Of a stretch of 64,000 nucleotides of DNA, positions 19,664 to 29,539 are shown piece by piece. Source of the stretch: an uncultured bacterium (GTDB lineage: Bacteria > Oederibacteriota > PGYV01 > CAWJRG01). A model generated the notes under the pieces. The model had not been told where the DNA came from, did no database searches, and saw only the letters and a list, made by a program, of their open reading frames with translations. The translations under genes and the position numbers were made by a program. Positions within the stretch are counted from its first letter, which is position 1. Each line of letters begins with the position of its first letter. The stretch covers positions 32,001 to 96,000 of the forward strand of contig CAWJRG010000011.1 in NCBI GenBank assembly GCA_963845185.1, read 5' to 3'.

Positions 19664-21277
19664 GAGTCTGTCTCAAAACTCTTTTAAACGCCTTGCATTG
19701 CCTACACTTATCGCGTTTTTTAGCCCCTATCTTTATTATTTCTCTTCTTTTCGATTTGTGGTTCTTTTCTTGTCAGGTTGCGAACCTTAATTTAACCTTA
19801 CCTTCCCTCCACAAGGCATACATTGTCTTTATGTTATGGGCGGCGCATATAAAAGACCATTGTGTTTTTACGCTTTCGATTCCTCTAACACTAAATCTTG
19901 TAAAACCAAGTACGTTTTTTATACGTCCCAATAATGGCTCAACTATTGTTTTTCTCTTTCGAAGCTGTTCTTTCCAGTTATTGGCCCTAGCTTCTTCTCT
20001 GTATATTGACACTATCTCCTCATACTCATGCTTATTTGCTTCTATTATCCTTCCGGATTTTACCTTGCTGCATTCGTATTTATAAATACAATCCCTATGA
20101 TCCCCGCATCGGTATATCATTGTCTCTTTTCCGTTTTTCTTCTTCCTTATACTGGTATATTCAAGCCTGCCATTTTTAGGACATACATATTCGTTTTTTT
20201 CTTTGTCGTATTTAAAATGCGCTTTGCCATACGGCCTATCGCTGTCATCCTCCGGCAAGTTAACAATTATATTCCTTTTTTCTTCTTTGGCTTTTGCCAG
20301 TTCTTCCGGTGAATAATACCCTCCATCCGCAAGCGTTACTCCTGATTTTTGTCCGGTATTCGACTCTGCTTTTTCTATCATATCATTCAGCATGTGAGCA
20401 TCCGATTCCTTGTTTGTCACATTCTCTGCCACAATTATCTGTTTCTTTGCGTCCACAACAACCTGTGAGTTATATGCCTGTTGCAGTCCTTTACCTCTTG
20501 TCATCACGAACCGGCTGTCTCTATCTGTGGGGTTTTCAGTTGTTTTTCCTTCACTTTTCATACGTTCTATATGTTCTCTTATTACCTGACGCAGTTTCTC
20601 CTTTTCCTGCAATTCTTTTGGCATTCCGCACTTACTTTTGTCCTCTTCATCGTCTTGTTCGTCATTTTTCTCAATTTCCACCATTATTTTGTCTATTTCT
20701 CTGTCTAATTCTTGTATTTTTTTATTCATGTCTTTTATTGTTTTGGTCTTTTCCTTATTTACATCTGCCTGTATTTTTGTGCCGTCCACGGCTTGAATTT
20801 CAAAACCAACCAAATTGTTGTTTGTTGCCACACGCACCGTCTCCTTCAGTAAAACCCTTATCTGCTCTTTATTTCCTTTAAAAAATCTCCATAGCGTATT
20901 ATGGTCGGGATGATTATTCCCGGTTATCCATATCATCCCCATTGAATCGTAAGTCATTTTTTCAACTTTTCTGCTGCTCTTTTTTCCTTCCAGTATGCCG
21001 TACATCCATGCCCCAAGTAAAAAATCTACAAAATATCCCGGTCTTCCGGTTTCTTCTTCCATTTTAAAACCCATCTCTTCAAGCGGTAATTCTTCTACGA
21101 ATTCTACGACAAATCGAGCTAAATGATCTTTTGAAACCCAATCTTCTATTGCCGGTGGCAGTAGATACATTTGATTTCTATCGGCTCTTATCGTTGGCAT
21201 TTGGTTTCTCCTTCGCTAAATTTTGAAACCATTATACCATTTATGTCAAAGAATTAAGAGGCTTTTGAGACAGACTC
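19664..21277 (-). mobile_element. Second IS1182-family element (1614 bp) between kdpB and kdpC, 4-bp CTTG target duplication
   Basis: IRs GAGTCTGTCTCAAAA / TTTTGAGACAGACTC; CTTG at 19660-19663 and 21278-21281. Confidence 0.92.
19773..21200 (-). CDS. IS1182-family transposase, intact
   Basis: PDHNTLWRF, AVDGTKIQAD, TDRDSRF, AYNSQ, LADGGYYS, RKTIVEP. Confidence 0.92.
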   Translation of the reverse strand: MPTIRADRNQMYLLPPAIEDWVSKDHLARFVVEFVEELPLEEMGFKMEEETGRPGYFVDFLLGAWMYGILEGKKSSRKVEKMTYDSMGMIWITGNNHPDHNTLWRFFKGNKEQIRVLLKETVRVATNNNLVGFEIQAVDGTKIQADVNKEKTKTIKDMNKKIQELDREIDKIMVEIEKNDEQDDEEDKSKCGMPKELQEKEKLRQVIREHIERMKSEGKTTENPTDRDSRFVMTRGKGLQQAYNSQVVVDAKKQIIVAENVTNKESDAHMLNDMIEKAESNTGQKSGVTLADGGYYSPEELAKAKEEKRNIIVNLPEDDSDRPYGKAHFKYDKEKNEYVCPKNGRLEYTSIRKKKNGKETMIYRCGDHRDCIYKYECSKVKSGRIIEANKHEYEEIVSIYREEARANNWKEQLRKRKTIVEPLLGRIKNVLGFTRFSVRGIESVKTQWSFICAAHNIKTMYALWREGKVKLRFAT

Positions 21278-21323
21278 CTTGCCCCTTCTCTACAAATATT
21301 GGTATCCCTATTCCCGATTCCCA

Positions 21324-23387
21324 TCAGTGTGTTATTCCCATCATTACTATTAATATGTCTATAATCTTTATCCCTATAAACGGCAGTATTACGCCGCCAA
21401 GCCCGTAAATAAACAAATTCACCCTCAAAAGGCTTGCTGCAGACTGAGGCTTGTATGGCACGCCGCGCAAAGCAAGCGGTATGAGCGCCGGTATGACGAT
21501 TGCGTTGAAAATGATTGCCGAGAGTATGGCGCTCGATGGCGATGTCAGCTTCATTATATTAAGCGCCGACATTGCCGGGAACATGGCCATGAGCATGGCC
21601 GGTATAATGGCAAAATATTTTGCCACGTCGTTGGCTATGGAAAAAGTCGTAAGCGAACCGCGCGTAATCAGTATCTGCTTGCCTACTTCGACGACTTCTA
21701 TGACCTTTGTCGGGTTTGAGTCCAGGTCAAGCATATTTCCTGCTTCCCTAGCTGCTGCTGTCCCTGTGTTCATGGCTATGCCCACGTCAGCCTGCGCGAG
21801 GGCAGGCGCGTCGTTTGTGCCGTCGCCTATCATCGCGACCATGTGGCCGTCTTTCTGGTACTTCCTTATAAGCGCGAGCTTTGCCTCAGGCTTCGCATTC
21901 GAAAGAAAGTCGTTCACGCCTGCCTCTGCCGCAATGGACGCTGCTGTCACTGGATTATCGCCTGTTATCATGACGCTTTTGATTCCCATAAGGTTGAGCT
22001 GGGACAGCCGCTCCTTTATGCCGCCTTTTAAAATATCCTTTAAATAAATCACACCGAGTATCCTCGCATTTTTCGCGACAACGAGCGGAGTGCCGCCCTT
22101 TACTGCCACTGACTCCACAAGGGACTTTAAATCCGCAGGTATGGCTGCGTTCCTGTCCAGGGACTTTACGAATTCCTCCACCGAGTCGGCAGCGCCTTTC
22201 CTTATTTTGTCCCCGTTCACGTCGCAGCCGCTCATGCGTGATTCCGCAGTGAATGGTATAAAATTGACCTTGTCAGAAGACCCGAATTCATGCTGGCGTA
22301 TGTTGAATTTCCTTTTTGCCAGGACCACTACTGACCTGCCCTCGGGTGTATCGTCTGAAAGCGATGAATACTGCGCTGCCAGCGCGAGTTCCTGCTCTTC
22401 CACTCCTTTAACCGAAAGGAACTGGTCAGCCTGCCTGTTTCCGAGCGTTATAGTGCCTGTCTTGTCCAGCAGCACTACATCCACGTCTCCCGCGGCCTCG
22501 ACCGACCTTCCTGAGAACGCAAGCACGTTTATCTTAAGAAGCCTGTTCATGCCCGCGATACCTATTGCCGAAAGCAGGGCTCCGATGGTCGTCGGCGCGA
22601 GCGCCACAAAAAGCGAAACAAGCTGGGTTATAGTAAAAGTCCCTTTTAAAAACTGCGCGTAAGGCTGCAGCGTCGCGGTCGCCAGAAGGAATATGAATGT
22701 AAGCGCTATAAGCACAAGGTTAAGCGCGATTTCATTCGGCGTTTTTTTTCTGACAGCGCCCTCGACCAGGGCTATCATTTTATCCAGGAAACTCTCACCA
22801 GGGTTCGATGTTATCATGTAAACTATCCTGTCGGAGAGTATTTTTGTGCCGCCTATCACGCTCGAGCGGTCGCCGCCAGCTTCCCTTATGACAGGCGCGG
22901 ACTCGCCCGTCACAGCTGACTCGTCAATGCTCGCTATGCCCTTTATTATCTCGCCGTCGCCGGCTATTATATCCCCGGGTTCACCTATGCACAGGTCTCC
23001 TTTTTTAAGGGACGATGCCGGTGTCAGGTCAAAAGTAACAGAGTCTTTTTCCTGCGCTTTTTTGGCCATTAAATCCTTTTTTGCCTTTTTAAGCGAGTCT
23101 GCCGTGGCCTTTCCCCTGCTTTCTGCCATGGCCTCGGCAAAATTCGCGAATACTACGGTCAGCCAGAGCCATACGCTTATGTGCAAAGTCAGGATATTGC
23201 CCGGCCTGTCAGCGCCTGACATGGTGCCGTAGATAAAATATACTGTCGTGAGTATGGCTCCTATTTCCACGCAAAACATGACCGGATTCTTCCACATTTC
23301 AGCCGGATTTAGCTTGATAAAAGAATTGCCCGAGGCTTCTTTCCATATTTCCCTGTTAATCTGTTTTGTTTTTTCCTTGTTGTCCAT
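21324..23387 (-). CDS. kdpB: K+-transporting P-type ATPase subunit B
   Basis: [49 protein letters not shown]. Confidence 0.97.
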   Translation of the reverse strand: MDNKEKTKQINREIWKEASGNSFIKLNPAEMWKNPVMFCVEIGAILTTVYFIYGTMSGADRPGNILTLHISVWLWLTVVFANFAEAMAESRGKATADSLKKAKKDLMAKKAQEKDSVTFDLTPASSLKKGDLCIGEPGDIIAGDGEIIKGIASIDESAVTGESAPVIREAGGDRSSVIGGTKILSDRIVYMITSNPGESFLDKMIALVEGAVRKKTPNEIALNLVLIALTFIFLLATATLQPYAQFLKGTFTITQLVSLFVALAPTTIGALLSAIGIAGMNRLLKINVLAFSGRSVEAAGDVDVVLLDKTGTITLGNRQADQFLSVKGVEEQELALAAQYSSLSDDTPEGRSVVVLAKRKFNIRQHEFGSSDKVNFIPFTAESRMSGCDVNGDKIRKGAADSVEEFVKSLDRNAAIPADLKSLVESVAVKGGTPLVVAKNARILGVIYLKDILKGGIKERLSQLNLMGIKSVMITGDNPVTAASIAAEAGVNDFLSNAKPEAKLALIRKYQKDGHMVAMIGDGTNDAPALAQADVGIAMNTGTAAAREAGNMLDLDSNPTKVIEVVEVGKQILITRGSLTTFSIANDVAKYFAIIPAMLMAMFPAMSALNIMKLTSPSSAILSAIIFNAIVIPALIPLALRGVPYKPQSAASLLRVNLFIYGLGGVILPFIGIKIIDILIVMMGITH

Positions 23388-23402
23388 TTTGTTTTACCTC
23401 AG

Positions 23403-25127
23403 TTAGTGGATGCTGCTGAAAAGCTGCATGTGCTCCGCAATCGGTCCCATTGTCAGGGCAGGCAGGAATGTCAGCCCGCCTACCAGCAATATTATCATTA
23501 CAAGCATAAAAGCAAATAGGGCGTCATTTGTAGTAAGCGTGCCTACCGAAGATGGCGTTATTTTCTTGTTCGCGAGCCTGCCTGCAAGCGCAAGCACAAG
23601 GACCAGCGGCACGAACCTGCCAAAAAACATGTTGATGGAAAGCATGATGTTCCAGAAGTTTATATTTGCATTAAGCCCGGCAAATGCCGAGCCGTTGTTT
23701 GCCACAGAGGAAGTCGCTGCGTATAACAGCTGCGAAAACCCGTGCGGCCCCGGGTTTGAAGTTGATTTGACTGCGTCAGGGACATAAATTGCTATTGCAG
23801 AAAGCAGGAGCATAAGTATTGAGGAGAATATAGCTGCAGCCACGGTCAGCTGTATCTCGATTGGCCCTATTTTTTTTCCCAGGTATTCCGGAGTCCTGCC
23901 TACCATGAGCCCTGCGATAAAAACCGTAATTATAGCGTAAAGCAGGAGCGTATAAAGGCCCGATCCCACTCCGCCCGGTATCAGTTCGCCAACCTGCATG
24001 TCAAAAAGCTCTATGAGCCCTGTCAAAGGCATATTGCTGTCATGCATGTTATTTACTGCGCCGCACGAAGTAACTGTGGTAACAACCGAGAAAAGCGGCG
24101 ACTGACCGCCCAGGAACCTTGTCTCCTTGCCCTCGGTATTGCCGTTTAAAAACGAAACGCTGCTTCCTGCGCTTTTAGCCAGCAAAGGGTTTGCCGTGTT
24201 TTCTGCAAATATTGCTCCTATTACAAGCAGCACCACCGTGATAAAAACAGCGTAAAAAAGCGCCCTGCCCTGCTTTATGTCGCCGCTGTATTTGCCGAAA
24301 GTAAATATCAGGCCCATGGAAATAAGGAGGATAAAGAACATTTCCAGTATATTTGTCAAAGGCGTCGGGTTCTCGTACGGATGCGCTGAATTTGCGTTAA
24401 AAAATCCGCCTCCGTTTGTCCCGAGCATCTTTATGGCAATCTGCGACGCTACAGGCCCCTGCGGTATCACCTGAGTGGCGCCTTCCAGAGTCCTTGCCTG
24501 AGTGTAAGCGGAAAAATTCTGCGGTGTGCCCTGCCATACAAGCACCAGCGCGCCGATAAGGGCTATTGGCAGGAGTATATATAATGTAGTTCGGGTCAGG
24601 TCAACCCAGAAATTCCCTATTGCCTGCGCTTCTTTGCGTACAAGCCCCCTGACCAGGGCTATTGATACGGCAATGCCTGTGGCAGCGGACAAAAAATTCT
24701 GCACGGCAAGACCTGCCATCTGTGAGAAATAGCTCATGGTTGTTTCAGGAGTGTAAGCCTGCCAGTTGGTATTCGTGACAAACGATACTGCCGTATTCAG
24801 CGCCATCCATGCGTTCTGCGCCCCGAGTTTTAGAGGGTTAAGCGGCAAAAATCCCTGCAGCATGATGATTGCAAAAAGTAATACTATCCCCAGGACGTTA
24901 AAAACCATCAGCGATATGGCGTAAGCCACCCAAGTTTGTTCGTTTTCGCTTTCAACGCTTGATAGTTTATATATCATGTTTTCAAGCGGCAAAAATACAG
25001 GGGATAAAAATGTCTTCTTGCCCGAGAATACATTATACATATACGAGCCAAAAGGCCTTGCTGCAATAAGAATCAGTACAAAAAAGGAAACTATTTCACC
25101 AAAAATTTTCCAGTTCATATGCACCAC
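23403..25127 (-). CDS. kdpA: K+-transporting ATPase subunit A (start may be ATG 25118)
   Basis: SFVTNTNWQAY, LGTNGGGFFNANSAHPYENP, TSCGAVN, GRTPEYLGKKI, ANNGSAFAGL. Confidence 0.97.
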   Translation of the reverse strand: MVHMNWKIFGEIVSFFVLILIAARPFGSYMYNVFSGKKTFLSPVFLPLENMIYKLSSVESENEQTWVAYAISLMVFNVLGIVLLFAIIMLQGFLPLNPLKLGAQNAWMALNTAVSFVTNTNWQAYTPETTMSYFSQMAGLAVQNFLSAATGIAVSIALVRGLVRKEAQAIGNFWVDLTRTTLYILLPIALIGALVLVWQGTPQNFSAYTQARTLEGATQVIPQGPVASQIAIKMLGTNGGGFFNANSAHPYENPTPLTNILEMFFILLISMGLIFTFGKYSGDIKQGRALFYAVFITVVLLVIGAIFAENTANPLLAKSAGSSVSFLNGNTEGKETRFLGGQSPLFSVVTTVTSCGAVNNMHDSNMPLTGLIELFDMQVGELIPGGVGSGLYTLLLYAIITVFIAGLMVGRTPEYLGKKIGPIEIQLTVAAAIFSSILMLLLSAIAIYVPDAVKSTSNPGPHGFSQLLYAATSSVANNGSAFAGLNANINFWNIMLSINMFFGRFVPLVLVLALAGRLANKKITPSSVGTLTTNDALFAFMLVMIILLVGGLTFLPALTMGPIAEHMQLFSSIH

Positions 25128-25204
25128 TACTCCTTTACATTAAAGAAAGCATAGATAAGGTAAACAAATAGAAAAATTGCAATTACCAGCGCCGCAATCC
25201 ACAT
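25127..25204 (-). CDS. kdpF: KdpF-like 25-aa membrane peptide MWIAALVIAIFLFVYLIYAFFNVKE
   Basis: Manual translation; AAGGAG RBS at 25212-25217; abuts kdpA; LFVYLIYA pattern typical of KdpF. Confidence 0.8.
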   Translation of the reverse strand: MWIAALVIAIFLFVYLIYAFFNVKE

Positions 25205-25218
25205 GGTTTTTCTCCTTG

Positions 25219-25317
25219 GAGTCCGTTGATTTTGCCGGGCGTCAACAGCAGAGGCAAAATCTTACGGAGTCTTGTAACCGCTCCAGCACGAGGCCGCCAG
25301 GCCCAGGACAAGTGGTA
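25219..25317 (-). ncRNA. Candidate cis-regulatory structured RNA motif, copy C (directly before kdpF RBS)
   Basis: Aligns with copies A and B; perfect 9-bp stem GATTTTGCC/GGCAAAATC; ends immediately before AAGGAG. Confidence 0.6.
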
Positions 25318-25533
25318 CTTCTTTTATTTCATTGATATTTTTTTATTGATGCAATCCAAACTAAATATATAGACCTATTACATTTGGTCTTTTTGGGAAA
25401 TTAGTTGGTCGTTAAATTAGTTCGGGAGACATTTCTGAAAGTCCGCGGCATTATAGCCGCAACTTTATCTTATATCAATCAATGTTACGCATCCTCATAG
25501 GCAGCCGTATGATTTACAGCCGACGTATTCAAG

Positions 25534-25878
25534 TCAGTCGTTTATTATTTCCTCCAGCGTAAGCTGGTCTTCCTCCCTTAAAGGGAAAAACTCCACTCCA
25601 AACTGGCCTTTACCGTTTTCGTCCTTTATCCATTTGATAAATGCAAATAAAACTATGAATTTATTGCCGGACTTGAATAATATTCTCACCACATCGTTTT
25701 CTTTCCCGACAAGCTTGCCCTCTATTCTCGCGCCGCCGATGCTGATATCCTTGCTTTTGCCTTCCATGTCCTCCCTGTTCGCTATTATACTTTCCGCCAC
25801 TACATTATAGGTAACCTCAAACTTCTTTTCAACTCTCCGCTCTTTCCGCTTTTCAACATAAAGGTTTCCTTTTGCCAT
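25534..25878 (-). CDS. PilZ-domain protein
   Basis: EKRKERRV (RxxxR) and KDISIGGARI (DxSxxG) motifs; FGVEF. Confidence 0.85.
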   Translation of the reverse strand: MAKGNLYVEKRKERRVEKKFEVTYNVVAESIIANREDMEGKSKDISIGGARIEGKLVGKENDVVRILFKSGNKFIVLFAFIKWIKDENGKGQFGVEFFPLREEDQLTLEEIIND

Positions 25879-25899
25879 AACACGCTCCCCGGCAAGAAT

Positions 25900-26563
25900 T
25901 TATTTTGCTTCGCCGAATTTATTCTCCACCCATTTCTCTATTTTATCAAGTGCTTCTTTTGCTTGCTGCCCGTAAGTAAGGAATTCAAGCTCATCGCCCA
26001 TGGCGGCGCACATGCCCACCAGGTCAAGGGCCGCGAGTACCGACTTCACGTTCAGGTACGGTTTGCCGTCTATTGCAAAATTATAATGGTCCATGCCTTC
26101 TTTATGTATATAAATCTCGCAGTTATATTCGCGCGCTATGCCCACAAGCGTGCCCGATGGCCTTACGTGCAGGCCCCTTTCATTGCTAATCTTAATCTTA
26201 CGCGTCAAGAACCCGTGCCGCTTCAGCGATTCCCTTTCCTGCCTCCAGATTTCGGCGTATTTCCCGCGCCATTCCTCTATTGCCTCCTCGCCCAGGTCCC
26301 CTGCCTTCCTCTTTTGACCGCAGGTATTTATGCTTGTTAATCTCATGCAGCTGGTCGAGATTGTCCCTCCTGTTTTTTTCTTTTCTCCACTCATCCCTGT
26401 ATTTCTCAAGAAAATCCTCTATTGCCTCGTTTATCGTCACATCTTTGTCTAATTCCAGCGCCATGAAGTATTTATGGTCAAGTATGGCCTTTAGTTCAGC
26501 CGGCGTCAAATCTTTTTCGTCAAAATTCAACTGCCTGCACCTCCCTGTTTTTGGGTCTTGCAT
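25900..26563 (-). pseudogene. Fusion of two DUF4032-like helical repeats to an HPr phosphocarrier domain; frameshift at GGGG run ~26298-26301
   Basis: ORF 26198-26563 (ILDHKYF..., INKHKYLRSKEEGR) continues as DLGEEAIEEW...GLHVRPS...NVKSV in ORF 25900-26409 if one G is removed. Confidence 0.7.
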
Positions 26564-26695
26564 TTACAGCAAAGGAACATGCATATATTATATACCACAA
26601 TAAACGTAAATGTCAAACTTTGCCTTAAAGAGTCATTTACAAATGAGGAACGCTGCCTCATTTTGGCCTAATTTTTGCACATTTAAAAGACAATA

Positions 26696-28186
26696 TTATA
26701 TAAACAAGTCCGCGCCGAACTGGTTTACGTTGAAATTTCTCCACCTCTCTATAAGGTCGCTTGCCATAAAATCCGCAGAATTGTTGTCGTCTGTAATAAT
26801 GGTCCCTGTATCCTGCAATTTAACGTCAAGATACTGTTTGTCAACCGCAACAGGACTGTCGGAAGCGTAAAAAACAAAGGACGACAGCCCTTCATTCTGT
26901 GCCTTTATATATACATTTTTATAAACCTGTTTTAAAGTCCTGTTTAACGACATGACAAGCTTATTGACCGCTACATTGCCGTCTATGTCCCTGTAAAGAT
27001 ACCCCATCATGTTAATAACAAGTATGCCGTTGCCGTTAAGCGCGTTTTTCGCCTCAAAAAAAGCCTCTTTTGAAAGAAGGTAGGGATAAACCGAATATCC
27101 GTTGAAAGCGTCAATAAAAACCATGTCGTATTTCTTTTTTGTGCCGTGGAGAAAATGCCTGCCGTCCCCGATTACGGCCCCGCCCTTGAATCCAAAATAT
27201 TTTCTTGCTGCATTTACTACTTCAGGGTCAACCTCGACTGTATCCAGGTTAAAACCGCGGTTTTGCAGCAGGCTGTTCACCGACCCTCCGCCCAGGCCTA
27301 TGGTAAGCGCATTTCTCGCGCCCGGTCTGTAATCAGCCGTTTTTTCAAACATTTTGATGTATGCGGCGTTGAATTCTTTTGCTTTCATGTCATAATATGA
27401 CTGGATTGCCCCGTCTATCATGATAAACCTGTATAAATTCTGCCATTCCATCACCCTTATCCTGCCGTATGCGCTTTGTTTTTCATAAATGATTTTCATG
27501 CCCGGGCCGTATGCCCTGGCCATAAAAATGTCCGGCATGGAATATAAAAGTGCCAGGACAACGGCAGGAATTATAGCTGCTATGTTTTTTCCGCCTTTGA
27601 CCATGAATCCTGCAGCTGCAACAAGTATCAGCAGCACTCCTGATAAGATTATTATGGCATGTATGCCGATTGCCGGTATCAAATAAAAACCCGTTAAAAT
27701 AGCTCCTGTAAAGCTGCCTGCCGTCGCCACGGCGTACAAACTTCCGGCAACCGTGCCGATTTTTCCGAATTTTCCTTCGTTTATCTTCACGGCATAAGGC
27801 GAAACCATGCCGAGCAGGACCAGCGGCACGCTAAAAAGCAGGGCTGAACTTGCAAGCGCCCCGAACCTCGGGTCCAGGATATTTGTGCCTGTCATTATAT
27901 GGGCGCTGATAAGCGGTATTATTAGGATAAAAACAGCGCTTGCAGATATTATATAATAAAGCATGTTTGGTTCCGGCCTTTTATCCGAAAGTATGCCGCC
28001 CAAAAAATAACCGGTGGTAAGCGATAAAAGCGTGACCCCTATCAGCGAGGACCATGCGTAAATGGTCGTGCCGTAAAAAGGCGCGATTATCCTTGTGCCT
28101 AGTATTTCAATAACAAGCACAACTGCGCCGGTGATAAAAACCGTCAGGTACATGTAATATTTTTCGAGCATTTCTTTTAATGTCAT
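26696..28186 (-). CDS. Fused MFS-like membrane domain / spermidine synthase-like SAM methyltransferase
   Basis: VIEILGTRIIAPFYGTTIYAWS, TM domain, then IGLGGGS, VEVDPEVV, GDGRHFL, YDMVFIDAF. Confidence 0.88.
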   Translation of the reverse strand: MTLKEMLEKYYMYLTVFITGAVVLVIEILGTRIIAPFYGTTIYAWSSLIGVTLLSLTTGYFLGGILSDKRPEPNMLYYIISASAVFILIIPLISAHIMTGTNILDPRFGALASSALLFSVPLVLLGMVSPYAVKINEGKFGKIGTVAGSLYAVATAGSFTGAILTGFYLIPAIGIHAIIILSGVLLILVAAAGFMVKGGKNIAAIIPAVVLALLYSMPDIFMARAYGPGMKIIYEKQSAYGRIRVMEWQNLYRFIMIDGAIQSYYDMKAKEFNAAYIKMFEKTADYRPGARNALTIGLGGGSVNSLLQNRGFNLDTVEVDPEVVNAARKYFGFKGGAVIGDGRHFLHGTKKKYDMVFIDAFNGYSVYPYLLSKEAFFEAKNALNGNGILVINMMGYLYRDIDGNVAVNKLVMSLNRTLKQVYKNVYIKAQNEGLSSFVFYASDSPVAVDKQYLDVKLQDTGTIITDDNNSADFMASDLIERWRNFNVNQFGADLFI

Positions 28187-28334
28187 CTTTTCTCCGGTTT
28201 CCAGGTCCCATAAAATGCACGTATGCCCTTGCTGTCAAATATGTTATTATTGAAATAACAAAAAGTCAATATACATAAAAAGGAAATGTGCTATAATATT
28301 CCCAATAAGACGGGTAAATTAATCGAGGTGACCC

Positions 28335-28631
28335 ATGCATTTTACAGCATCGTGGCATATAAATGCCGAAGGCGAAAAACTTAAGCAGATAAACGACTTC
28401 ATGGCCGAAGTGGTAAAAAAACAGGCCGACGCCTGTTTTTCGCCGTATCCGGGCTTTGTTTTTGCAAAGTGTGATTCCAGTCAAAAATGGGAAATAGTAT
28501 TGAATGGGCTTAAAGGCCTGTGCCAGATGTATGAAGGCAAGATCAACTTTGTAATGAGCCCACTTTTCGAGAACGGCAAATACAACGGACATCTTGCGAA
28601 CTGGACTCAAATTAACGATATAACAAAATAG
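28335..28631 (+). CDS. Hypothetical protein
   Basis: 98-aa ORF with GAGGTG RBS and upstream TATAAT; no recognised motif. Confidence 0.55.
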   Translation: MHFTASWHINAEGEKLKQINDFMAEVVKKQADACFSPYPGFVFAKCDSSQKWEIVLNGLKGLCQMYEGKINFVMSPLFENGKYNGHLANWTQINDITK

Positions 28632-28638
28632 CCGCCCG

Positions 28639-29154
28639 ATGAAAAAAAAGACTGCTGTTTGCCTGCTGGCATTTTTTTTGTTATGTCAGGCCCCTTCTCT
28701 GATTTTCCCCAGGGCTTATCAGATAATGAACACTCCGGACTACAATGACAGTTTATCCAGGTTCAAAAGATATGACATGTCCGGAGGCTTAAGCCTTGGC
28801 ATGTCCGATTATTTGAACATAGGCGCCGGATTAAAATTCAACCTGCATGAGATCCCGTTCTGGTCCATCAAGGTCGACGCGTCAATGATGCCTTCAGCAG
28901 AAAAAATACTTTTCTTCGAGGAAACAGGTTTTGTATATAACTTCTATTTTGAAAAATTTCCATCTTTGAGTTTATTCGCCGGACCATCCACGGGTTTCGT
29001 AATAAAAAACTCCAGCAGTTATTTCGGTTTTGGCGGTGAAGCAGGCGCTGATTATTATATAAACGAGCCCGGATCCGCTTCTGTTTTCATTGATTTTAGT
29101 TTCCTGTCCAGGCTGTATCCATTGATTTCCATCGGGATTAGATTTTATTATTAA
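28639..29154 (+). CDS. Putative small outer-membrane beta-barrel protein
   Basis: Signal peptide, alternating Gly/aromatic strands, C-terminal ISIGIRFYY. Confidence 0.6.
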   Translation: MKKKTAVCLLAFFLLCQAPSLIFPRAYQIMNTPDYNDSLSRFKRYDMSGGLSLGMSDYLNIGAGLKFNLHEIPFWSIKVDASMMPSAEKILFFEETGFVYNFYFEKFPSLSLFAGPSTGFVIKNSSSYFGFGGEAGADYYINEPGSASVFIDFSFLSRLYPLISIGIRFYY

Positions 29155-29162
29155 TTTTTATC

Positions 29163-29292
29163 GTAGAGACACGCCATGGCGTGTCTTTACCTTAAACGCA
29201 CGAATCGCCTTTGCTGCCGTTTTATAGCCGCAGACTTTAGTCTGCGCATCTAAAAGCCGCTAACATTCAAATACCGCAAACTAAAGTTTACG
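29163..29292. repeat. Cluster of REP-like palindromes (29163-29190; inverted pair 29225-29246 and 29275-29292)
   Basis: GTAGAGACACGCCATGGCGTGTCTTTAC; TAGCCGCAGACTTTAGTCTGCG ... CGCAAACTAAAGTTTACG. Confidence 0.7.
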
Positions 29293-29539
29293 CCTCTTTC
29301 ACCCTCCGTCCTTCCATCCTTCTAACCCTCCGCCCTTCCGCCTTATTTGCTCCACCACACGTCGTTCAGCGTATGCGCCGGGCCCGTGCTGCTGGTATCC
29401 ATACCTGCTATCACCCACATGCGGTTACTTTTGTCCAGGCAGTTCCCGGGTCTGTGGGAACCGAAGGCCCTGCCGGTTTTTTTCTTTGAGCACGCGAAAA
29501 ATAAAACCGTGAAAATCAGTAGTGGAATTAATGTTTTTT

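Noticed and set aside
25262..25330. Possible leader peptide NEIKEVPLVLGLAASCWSGYKTP overlapping motif copy C
   Set aside because: No standard start codon or RBS in that frame, and the frame is not preserved in all three copies.
25205..25530. Canonical c-di-AMP (ydaO) riboswitch expected upstream of kdpF or the kimA-like gene
   Set aside because: Only ACTCCGTAAG resembles its 3' end; the GCTGAA, GGGGA and CCCG-CAGCTAA elements are not visible. An Rfam scan is needed to be certain.
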